Source: Minisyncoccia bacterium
GTDB taxonomy: Bacteria; Patescibacteriota; Minisyncoccia; Phycocordibacterales; UBA9973
NCBI GenBank assembly: GCA_038251535.1
Contig: JBBSBF010000003.1
Location: 1-58,974 of the forward strand
Length of the DNA stretch: 58,974 nucleotides
Direction of reading: 5' to 3'
Part shown: in pieces, positions 6,606 to 13,404 of the stretch
Layout of the letters: each line of letters opens with the position of its first letter
Position numbering within the stretch: position 1 is the first letter of the stretch
Program-made: the position numbers and the translations under genes
The notes under the pieces: model-generated
Told to the model about the DNA's origin: nothing
The model's input: only the letters and a program-made list of their open reading frames with translations
The model's database searches: none

Positions 6606-7805
6606 GTGAAAATTTTGGCCATCGAAACAAGCTGCGACGAAACCGGCATTGCTATACTGGAGTACAGTGCTGGAAGCGATATTACCCTATTGGGCAATGT
6701 ACTTGCGTCTCAAATAGAGCTCCACGCACAATACGGTGGAGTATTCCCGACTATGGCAAAACGCGCGCACGCGGAAAAGATAGTTCCCCTTCTCACTGAA
6801 GTGCTCGATCAAGCGTACCTTTTGGACGTCGCAACAGTGGTGGTCGACCATGCTGCATCCCTCTCATTTCTCGATGAGAAGGAGCTTGCACTCAAGGACA
6901 TGCTTGCCCCTTTTCTCACGTATTATGAGAAACGAGATATTGATTATATCGCCGTCACCGTCGGCCCTGGACTTGAGCCCGCACTCTGGGTCGGTATCAA
7001 TGCAGCGAGAGCACTCTCCGTTGTATGGGATATCCCGGTAATCGCGATAAACCACATGGAGGGTCACATCGTCACCGCACTATTTGAACATCCAGAAGAG
7101 ACGGTATTTGTACAAAAAGAAATCAACTACCCACTCCTAGCGCTACTGGTTTCTGGAGGACACACTGAGCTTGTTCTATCAAGTAGCAGAGGAGAATATC
7201 AAAAAATAGGACAAACTCGTGACGACGCCGTCGGTGAAGCCTTTGACAAAGTCGCTCGCATGCTCGGACTTCCATACCCTGGCGGACCTGCAATCTCTCG
7301 TCTCGCCGCACAATGGCGTAGCTCCGCTAGGTCAGACCTAGCGGAAAAAATAAATCCATTCACTCTTCCTCGCCCAATGCTTCATTCTCCTGATTACGAT
7401 TTTTCATTTTCTGGTATAAAGACTGCGACGCTGTATGCGATCAGAGATCTCGGGCGAGCACTTACCGAGCAAGACAAAATGGCCATAGCATGCGCATTTG
7501 AAGACGCCGTCGTCGAAGTCCTTATCAAAAAGACACTCAAAGCAGCGCAAGAATACAATGCACAAACTATCATCGTCGGTGGTGGTGTCGCGAGTAATAC
7601 ATATCTCCGAGAACAATTACAAAAAGCGCTGAGGGAAATAAAAAATATAGACCTTCGAGGTCTATATTTGCTCTTTCCCGAACCGTGGCTCGCGACTGAC
7701 AACGCAGTCATGATCGGCCTAGCAGCAATGACACAAATAAGAAATGAGCAAATAAAAACCGCCGCTCCAAGTGAATTGAGGGCGGACGGTAACTTGAGTT
7801 TGTAA
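6606..7805 (+). CDS. tsaD: tRNA N6-adenosine threonylcarbamoyltransferase TsaD
   Basis: KILAIETSCDETG N-terminus, GPGLEP, SGGHTEL and VGEAFDKVAR motifs. The GTG start at 6606 matches the family N-terminus. The ORF-track start at 6534 would overlap gmk. Confidence 0.85.
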   Translation: MKILAIETSCDETGIAILEYSAGSDITLLGNVLASQIELHAQYGGVFPTMAKRAHAEKIVPLLTEVLDQAYLLDVATVVVDHAASLSFLDEKELALKDMLAPFLTYYEKRDIDYIAVTVGPGLEPALWVGINAARALSVVWDIPVIAINHMEGHIVTALFEHPEETVFVQKEINYPLLALLVSGGHTELVLSSSRGEYQKIGQTRDDAVGEAFDKVARMLGLPYPGGPAISRLAAQWRSSARSDLAEKINPFTLPRPMLHSPDYDFSFSGIKTATLYAIRDLGRALTEQDKMAIACAFEDAVVEVLIKKTLKAAQEYNAQTIIVGGGVASNTYLREQLQKALREIKNIDLRGLYLLFPEPWLATDNAVMIGLAAMTQIRNEQIKTAAPSELRADGNLSL

Positions 7806-7816
7806 TTAGATTCATT

Positions 7817-8269
7817 CTATACAGCAAGTTCAAACTTTTTGATATTTAAGAAATGTTCGAATAGATCCAGTGCCTTAGGACCCACACGGCGAAATTTTAG
7901 AAGATCTTCTTTACTATGTTCAATAAGAAAGCAGAGAGAGCGATCTCTAAAATAGTTTGTGAAAACATTACAGAATTGTGATACAACAGACTGATTTCCT
8001 TTATTGCCTGTTAGTCGAAATTCTTCTATAAATTTAATTAATTTAATTAATTTGGCCCTTTCAAGCATTGCTTTTCTCTTTTTTTCAGCTCTTTTGCTTG
8101 GAATGTTAATAAAACGAACGTCTATTCTGAAATTACTTGTATAAGCGGTTGAATAACTATATGGCTTTATATTTCTTCGTTGTTTTAATACTAATTTAAG
8201 AAAATAATCGACAGCTTCTTTTGAATCTACATTGATTTCAAGACCATTAGGAATTTCTTTTATGTTCAT
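7817..8269 (-). CDS. hypothetical protein with C-terminal helix-hairpin-helix-like segment
   Basis: 150-aa AT-rich ORF with own TTGACA-N17-TATAAT promoter (8301-8329). The C-terminal EDLLKFRRVGPKALDLFEHFL resembles the RpoA alpha-CTD HhH motif (weak). Confidence 0.5.
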   Translation of the reverse strand: MNIKEIPNGLEINVDSKEAVDYFLKLVLKQRRNIKPYSYSTAYTSNFRIDVRFINIPSKRAEKKRKAMLERAKLIKLIKFIEEFRLTGNKGNQSVVSQFCNVFTNYFRDRSLCFLIEHSKEDLLKFRRVGPKALDLFEHFLNIKKFELAV

Positions 8270-8300
8270 AATTATTTTTTTAAAGTTAAGATTTTTTTAA

Positions 8301-8329
8301 ATTATAAAAGATTTTATTGCATTTGTCAA
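8301..8329 (-). promoter_or_regulatory. promoter TTGACA-N17-TATAAT (gene 7817-8269)
   Basis: Perfect hexamers on the minus strand. Confidence 0.65.
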
Positions 8330-8354
8330 TCCCCTCCCCAAAAGGCCTTAAAAT

Positions 8355-8363
8355 TGGTATTAT
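8355..8363 (+). promoter_or_regulatory. extended -10 TGGTATTAT, 6 nt before the valS ATG
   Basis: TGn plus TATTAT, then TTTCAC, then ATG at 8370. Confidence 0.55.
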
Positions 8364-8369
8364 TTTCAC

Positions 8370-10532
8370 ATGCAAACTCCTATTCCCCATATTCCCGAAA
8401 AACTTTTGAAACCCTACAACCCGACTGACGAAGAATCTCGACTGTACAAAATTTGGGAAGAGTCTGGATATTTTAACCCAGACAACTTGAACGCATCCAA
8501 AGGTCCGTACTGCATCATCATGCCGCCCCCCAACGCCAACGGTCGGCTTCACGCAGGTCACGCGCTCGATATGACACTCAAAGATGTCGTAACTCGTTTC
8601 AAACGAATGCAAGGATACAAAGCACTCTTTCTCCCCGGGGCAGACCACGCTGGATTTGAAACACAAATCGTGTATGAAAAGAAATTAGAAAAAGAAGGTC
8701 GCTCTCGTTTTGATCTTAGCCGTGACCAACTTTACAAAGAGATTATGGATTTCACCCTTGAAAGTAAGAAAAACATGGAAGATGATGTACGTCGTCTCGG
8801 TACTTCTTGTGACTGGTCACGCGAAAAGTTCACACTCGACCCCGAAATAGTCGTCCAAGTACAGCAAACATTTAAAAAAATGTTTGACGATGCATTGATC
8901 TATCGTGGCATCCGCATTGTGAACTGGTGTAGTAGACATCAAACATCTCTCTCGGATGTAGAAACGATTTCAAAGGAACAATCTGATCCGCTCTACTATT
9001 TGCAATACGGACCATTCGTTATTGCGACTGCTCGTCCAGAAACGAAGTTTGGAGACAAATACATCGTCATGCATCCTGATGACGCTCGATATAGTGAATA
9101 TACACATGGTCAGGAGATTGTAGTTGATTGGATTAATGGTCCAATCACGGCAACAATCATCAAAGATGACGTGATCGATATGGCATTTGGCACCGGAGTT
9201 ATGACGATTACTCCTTGGCATAGCCAGATCGACTTTGATATAGCAAAGCGACACAATCTCGAGTACGAACAAATCATTGATTTCAATGGCAAGCTCCTTC
9301 CTATCGCAGCAGAGTTTGCTGGTATTCATATTAAAAAAGCCCGACCACTTATTGTCGAAAAGCTGAAAGAAAAGGGATTACTTGTAAAAATGGACGAATC
9401 ATACGTCCACGCAGTGCCAGTATGTTACAAGTGTGAGACAGTGATCGAACCACAGATACGTCCCCAATGGTTTGTGAAAATGGATGCACTGGCTACGCTT
9501 GCATTAGGACCCGCGGAGAATGGCGAGCTTACCTTTTATCCAGAAAACTACAAAAAGATTTATGAGTATTGGATGAGCAATACGATTGATTGGAATATTT
9601 CTCGACAGATCGTGTGGGGTATTCAGATCCCCGCCAAACTCTGTAGCAACTGCGATTGGGGTGTACCGGACCTCGACGATACAATCAACAAATGCCCGAC
9701 CTGTGGTGGACCAGTGGTTTCTGACACCGACACCTTTGATACCTGGTTTTCTTCGGGGCAATGGCCACTTTTGACACTAGGATTTCCTGACGGAAACGAT
9801 TTCAAAACATTTTATCCCACACAACTTATGGAGACCGGACGTGATCTCATTTTTAAATGGATTCCACGCATGGTCATCTTTGGAATGTATTTGGCCAAAC
9901 AAGTTCCCTTTCACGACATTTATCTCCACGGCATGGTCAATGATGAAAAAAATCAAAAGATGTCCAAAAGTAAGGGTAACGTCGTCAGTCCGATCGCACT
10001 CTGTGATGAGTTTGGTGCAGATGCACTTCGTTTTGCACTCGTCATTGGTACTGCACCAGGAAATGATCAGGCGCTCCTCAAGGACCAAATAAAGGGATAT
10101 AAACACTTTGCCAACAAAATCTGGAACATTGCGAGGTTTATCACAACCAACACTTCTGATATGTCCGATACTGCAATCTTGACCGAAGGCGACACCATCA
10201 TCTATGAGTCATGGCGAAGTGTTGCCAAAAAGATCACCGAGGACATCGATCACTACCGCCTTCATATCGCAGCAGAAGACATTTACCACTACATCTGGCA
10301 TACTTTTGCTGACGAGATTCTCGAAGAGAGCAAGGCGCTTCTCGCAAGTGATGACGCTACAGTGAGAGCATCACGACAGAAACTTTTGGTCGATATACTC
10401 CGTGAATGCTTGATTGTCTTACACCCATTCATGCCATTTGTCACCGAAGCATTGTGGGAAATACTTGGACAGACACTCTTTGCAAAAGGTACAACACAAT
10501 TATTGTTGATAACGCCATGGCCTATTTCATAA
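8370..10532 (+). CDS. valS: valine--tRNA ligase (short form)
   Basis: PPPNANGRLHAGHA (HIGH), PGADHAGFETQ, CP1 editing segment TARPETKFGD, and KMSKSKGN. At 720 aa it lacks the long C-terminal coiled coil. Confidence 0.9.
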   Translation: MQTPIPHIPEKLLKPYNPTDEESRLYKIWEESGYFNPDNLNASKGPYCIIMPPPNANGRLHAGHALDMTLKDVVTRFKRMQGYKALFLPGADHAGFETQIVYEKKLEKEGRSRFDLSRDQLYKEIMDFTLESKKNMEDDVRRLGTSCDWSREKFTLDPEIVVQVQQTFKKMFDDALIYRGIRIVNWCSRHQTSLSDVETISKEQSDPLYYLQYGPFVIATARPETKFGDKYIVMHPDDARYSEYTHGQEIVVDWINGPITATIIKDDVIDMAFGTGVMTITPWHSQIDFDIAKRHNLEYEQIIDFNGKLLPIAAEFAGIHIKKARPLIVEKLKEKGLLVKMDESYVHAVPVCYKCETVIEPQIRPQWFVKMDALATLALGPAENGELTFYPENYKKIYEYWMSNTIDWNISRQIVWGIQIPAKLCSNCDWGVPDLDDTINKCPTCGGPVVSDTDTFDTWFSSGQWPLLTLGFPDGNDFKTFYPTQLMETGRDLIFKWIPRMVIFGMYLAKQVPFHDIYLHGMVNDEKNQKMSKSKGNVVSPIALCDEFGADALRFALVIGTAPGNDQALLKDQIKGYKHFANKIWNIARFITTNTSDMSDTAILTEGDTIIYESWRSVAKKITEDIDHYRLHIAAEDIYHYIWHTFADEILEESKALLASDDATVRASRQKLLVDILRECLIVLHPFMPFVTEALWEILGQTLFAKGTTQLLLITPWPIS

Positions 10533-11218
10533 CATCCCCTACTTTTATTGCTATTTGTATCGGAGTAATCCCCTCCTTGATTTGGCTCGTGTTTTGGCTC
10601 CATCTTGCTCGAGATAGACGCGAACCGTTCGGATTGATCATATTGTGTTTTTTGCTCGGAGGACTCGTTGTCTTTGTTGCAACATTTTTACAAAATGGAT
10701 TGAAAGAACTTGTAACAACACCAACAGCACGCATCGCAGTCTGGGCCGGTATCGAAGAAACACTGAAGTTTGCCGTATTTTATGTGGTCGCCTACAAAAG
10801 CTCCTACGACGCCGAGGCCCTCGACCCTGCGATGTATCTCATCGCAGTCGCCCTGGGCTTTGCAGCACTTGAAAATATATTTTATGTCCTCCAACCGGCG
10901 ATAAGCTTCAATATCACTGCAGGTTTACTCACTGGAGGATTGCGCTTTTTGGGATCAACACTACTCCACACCATTGCGAGTTGTTTTATCGGCATCATCA
11001 TTACGCTGACTCCCAAAGAAATACGCGGTCTCGGCATGGTACTCGGATTGGCAGGTGCTATTTTCCTCCACAGCACATTTAATTTCTTTATCCTGAAAAA
11101 TACGACGGCAAGTTTCTTGCAAATATATGGCTATCTGTGGATCATCGCCATCATCAGCCACATCATATTGGAAAAATTCCGCCGTTATCAACCAAAGGCG
11201 CTCTTGCAAACCTCATGA
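10517..11218 (+). CDS. PrsW-family intramembrane protease-like protein
   Basis: Multi-TM protein with WLHLARDRREP, AGIEETLKF and HTIASCF/HSTFNF motifs typical of PrsW. ATG at 10517 overlaps the valS end by 16 nt. Confidence 0.6.
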   Translation: MAYFITSPTFIAICIGVIPSLIWLVFWLHLARDRREPFGLIILCFLLGGLVVFVATFLQNGLKELVTTPTARIAVWAGIEETLKFAVFYVVAYKSSYDAEALDPAMYLIAVALGFAALENIFYVLQPAISFNITAGLLTGGLRFLGSTLLHTIASCFIGIIITLTPKEIRGLGMVLGLAGAIFLHSTFNFFILKNTTASFLQIYGYLWIIAIISHIILEKFRRYQPKALLQTS

Positions 11219-11234
11219 GAATGATAAAATAGTG

Positions 11235-11240
11235 TATACT
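11235..11240 (+). promoter_or_regulatory. candidate -10 TATACT for hsp20 (about 70-nt leader)
   Basis: Only good -10 in the 92-bp spacer. No convincing -35. Confidence 0.35.
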
Positions 11241-11310
11241 GATAGTAATGAAAAAGAATTATCAGGATAATCAGGGATGGAGAACACATATGCCATCACT
11301 TTTATAGGAC

Positions 11311-11835
11311 ATGAAAAAACCGTCATTTTTTGAACGATTGGCAGGAAATTTACGCTTTGATGATAGCGATGATCAGATTGAGATCAAAGAGGAAACAAAG
11401 GGTAAGGACGAGCGCCAGACGACAGTACTAGAACGCAGAGAACTAACTATCAACAACGATGAGTCGCAACATGGCGTCGAAAAAAAGCAGCTCCCTACCG
11501 AAGAAGTCGGCGAGCTCCCTGTCGATGTCTATGAGACACCAAATGAGATCATCATTCAAACACTGATCGCAGGTGTGTTACCTGAAAATCTCTCTATCGA
11601 TATCACTAGAGATGTCGTTAGTATCTCCGGCAAGCGTGAAGAGAGCAAAGGTATTCCCAACGACGCATATCATATCCGAGAACTGTACTGGGGCGCATTT
11701 GAGCGCATAGTCTCACTCCCCGAGGAAGTAGAAATCGATACTGCCGAAGCCATCGAACGTCACGGTATGCTCATCATCAAACTCCCCAAGGTAGACAAGC
11801 GCCGCCGAGCAATGCTCAAGATCAAGTCGATATAA
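11311..11835 (+). CDS. Hsp20/alpha-crystallin family small heat-shock protein
   Basis: Alpha-crystallin domain: VDVYETPNEIIIQ...ISGKREE...FERIVSLPEEV...GMLIIKLPK. Terminator at 11838-11866. Confidence 0.85.
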   Translation: MKKPSFFERLAGNLRFDDSDDQIEIKEETKGKDERQTTVLERRELTINNDESQHGVEKKQLPTEEVGELPVDVYETPNEIIIQTLIAGVLPENLSIDITRDVVSISGKREESKGIPNDAYHIRELYWGAFERIVSLPEEVEIDTAEAIERHGMLIIKLPKVDKRRRAMLKIKSI

Positions 11836-11837
11836 AA

Positions 11838-11866
11838 ATACCATCTTTTTCAAGACGGTATTTTTA
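11838..11866 (+). terminator. intrinsic terminator (hsp20)
   Basis: Stem ATACCATC/GACGGTAT (one mismatch) followed by TTTTTAT. Confidence 0.6.
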
Positions 11867-11872
11867 TATGTG

Positions 11873-11945
11873 TGCTCAGGACCAGACTTGAACTGGTGAC
11901 ATCTCCCTCTTCAGGGGAGCGCTCTACCAACTGAGCTACCTGAGC
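11873..11945 (-). tRNA. tRNA-Phe (GAA)
   Basis: Hand-folded cloverleaf: acceptor GCTCAGG/CCTGAGC, D arm GCTC-AGTTGGTA-GAGC, anticodon arm CTCCC-CTGAAGA-GGGAG, T arm ACCAG-TTCAAGT-CTGGT. CCA is not encoded. Confidence 0.9.
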
Positions 11946-12003
11946 TTAAACGTACGAGCGTTGGTACACATTTTATACACGAAAAAGTGCCCGAAGGCAA
12001 TCT

Positions 12004-12288
12004 TTATTCATTGAGTGTTTTGAGTAAATCACTATAACTTGAGCCACTTTTATCCTTCGTACTACCAGCGCCGAGTCCATATGCTTCTCCAAGTTGCGAA
12101 AGATATGGTTTGATCAATGAGATCGAGATAATACTAATGACGATCAATACGACCCAATAAAATACCTTCATCATCGTCGCTCGTCGTTGTACTCGATACA
12201 ACTTTCGCACCATAAACGTATTTTCATCCAATTTCTTTTCGATGGCTTGTAGTCGCTGGTCTATCTGTTGATTTGTTTGGGGATCCAT
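12004..12288 (-). CDS. hypothetical small membrane protein with N-terminal coiled segment
   Basis: ATG at 12288 (MDPQTNQQ...) sits 6 nt after TGCTATACT (12295-12303). The ORF-track start at 12312 lies upstream of that -10. One TM helix (VFYWVVLIVISIISISLI). Confidence 0.5.
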   Translation of the reverse strand: MDPQTNQQIDQRLQAIEKKLDENTFMVRKLYRVQRRATMMKVFYWVVLIVISIISISLIKPYLSQLGEAYGLGAGSTKDKSGSSYSDLLKTLNE

Positions 12289-12294
12289 GTTTTT

Positions 12295-12303
12295 AGTATA
12301 GCA
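12295..12303 (-). promoter_or_regulatory. extended -10 TGCTATACT, 6 nt before the ATG at 12288
   Basis: Plus strand agtatagca. The same nonamer occurs at 24016-24024 and 26402-26410. Confidence 0.5.
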
Positions 12304-12316
12304 AATATACAACTTT

Positions 12317-12335
12317 GTGCTCTTGGTAGGAATCG
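12317..12335 (-). repeat. partial duplicate of the tRNA-Arg 3' end
   Basis: gtgctcttggtaggaatcg versus gtgctcttggcaggaatcg at 12442-12460 (18 of 19 identical, same orientation). Confidence 0.7.
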
Positions 12336-12400
12336 CCTCTTCCTTCTAGTTGAGATGCGCCATTTTTATAGTCGCTTCGCTCCTTAAAAATGGGCACCTA

Positions 12401-12420
12401 CAGTTCGATTCCTGTAGCAC
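12401..12420 (+). repeat. inverted tRNA 3'-half-like fragment
   Basis: cagttcgattcctgtagcac has a T-loop GTTCGATTCC plus an acceptor-like end in the opposite orientation. It does not fold into a full tRNA. Confidence 0.5.
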
Positions 12421-12442
12421 AAAAATCGCTTTGCTCTTTTTG

Positions 12443-12514
12443 TGCTCTTGGCAGGAATCGAACCTACAATTACCCCTTAGGACGGGGCAGTTATATCCAT
12501 TTAACTACAAGAGC
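12443..12514 (-). tRNA. tRNA-Arg (CCU)
   Basis: Hand-folded 72-nt cloverleaf: acceptor GCTCTTG/CAAGAGC, anticodon arm GCCCC-GTCCTAA-GGGGT, T arm GTAGG-TTCGATT-CCTGC. G at position 32 is unusual. Confidence 0.8.
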
Positions 12515-12596
12515 GAGGAGCGCTGGATACGTTTATTTTCCAAGTTGTCCGATCGCCGTTCTTACAAGATTTCTTACAAAAGCGACGACTTAGAGC

Positions 12597-12836
12597 TTAT
12601 GCTGCAAGTCCGAGGAGTGCCGCCATTTTTGATTCTTGGAATCCAACCAACACATCGTCGTCAACCCTAATGACTGGCACTCCGAGCTGTCCAGTAAGCT
12701 CCATCATTTCACTTCTCTTTGCGGCATCACTCGCTACGTTGTACTCAGTATAGGCAATGTTGTTCGCAGTAAGGTACTGCTTCGCCAAGTGGCAATAGTG
12801 ACAAGTTGGGGTGCTGTAAATGGTGATTTGTTTCAT
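12597..12836 (-). CDS. glutaredoxin-like protein
   Basis: 79 aa with the CHYC redox motif in TIYSTPTCHYCHLAKQYL and a GVPVI motif. Confidence 0.8.
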   Translation of the reverse strand: MKQITIYSTPTCHYCHLAKQYLTANNIAYTEYNVASDAAKRSEMMELTGQLGVPVIRVDDDVLVGFQESKMAALLGLAA

Positions 12837-12874
12837 ACCTTAAAGTATAGCACTCATGTCAAGTGGCGCAAAAG

Positions 12875-13276
12875 CTAGTTTTTTTCGCGAGAATGGATAC
12901 CAAGTCCCTGTAGTATGGCGTTCCACCACCGAGCAGTCCTAGATTGCTGAGGAGAGGTTTGATCTGCATTTTGATCCGTAACGATGATCATTTCTTCTCC
13001 TGGTTTTACGACGTTGTATTTCTCTCGCAATGCTTGCTCAGTACCTTCGGGGGTAGCGATGTACTGGTTTGTCGCAGTTAACGTACGCTGCTTTTCTTGT
13101 AAGGCTTCCTTTTCTTTCGTAAGGTTTTGTATATCGGTACGCAACGTAAAGTATTTTTGAGCAACATTTCCAACAGACACCAATAACAAAAAGCCCAGTG
13201 TGAGGGCTACGACCGCTCCGAGTACTCGCTTTGGGGAAATAGATTGACCTTTTTGGGTAAATTGCGTTTTTGCCAT
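12875..13276 (-). CDS. septum formation initiator (FtsB/DivIC-like)
   Basis: N-terminal TM helix followed by a coiled coil (LRTDIQNLTKEKEALQEKQRTL) and a YNVVKPGEEMIIV tail. ATG at 13276 is preferred over the TTG at 13306. Confidence 0.55.
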   Translation of the reverse strand: MAKTQFTQKGQSISPKRVLGAVVALTLGFLLLVSVGNVAQKYFTLRTDIQNLTKEKEALQEKQRTLTATNQYIATPEGTEQALREKYNVVKPGEEMIIVTDQNADQTSPQQSRTARWWNAILQGLGIHSREKN

Positions 13277-13404
13277 ACTTTGGTAGCATACTCTTATGCT
13301 ATTCAATCATAACAGAAAACGAGCGGGTTTGTTGCTAAAGATCTTTGGCGTACTTGTGCTAGTGAGCATGCTCCTATTTCTCATCGCCCCTCTGATCAGG
13401 TAAT

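Noticed and set aside
12315-12427. Possible plus-strand tRNA or intron-containing tRNA (7-bp acceptor-like pairing TTGTGCT/AGCACAA around a GTTCGATTCC T-loop)
   Set aside because: The T stem would need a 6-bp stem with an 8-nt loop. No D arm or anticodon arm can be folded, and the length (about 105-113 nt) fits no class. It is better read as juxtaposed tRNA 3'-end fragments.
12350-12670. 106-aa and 67-aa plus-strand ORFs across the tRNA-Arg region
   Set aside because: They overlap the tRNA gene and the glutaredoxin gene on the opposite strand. No support.
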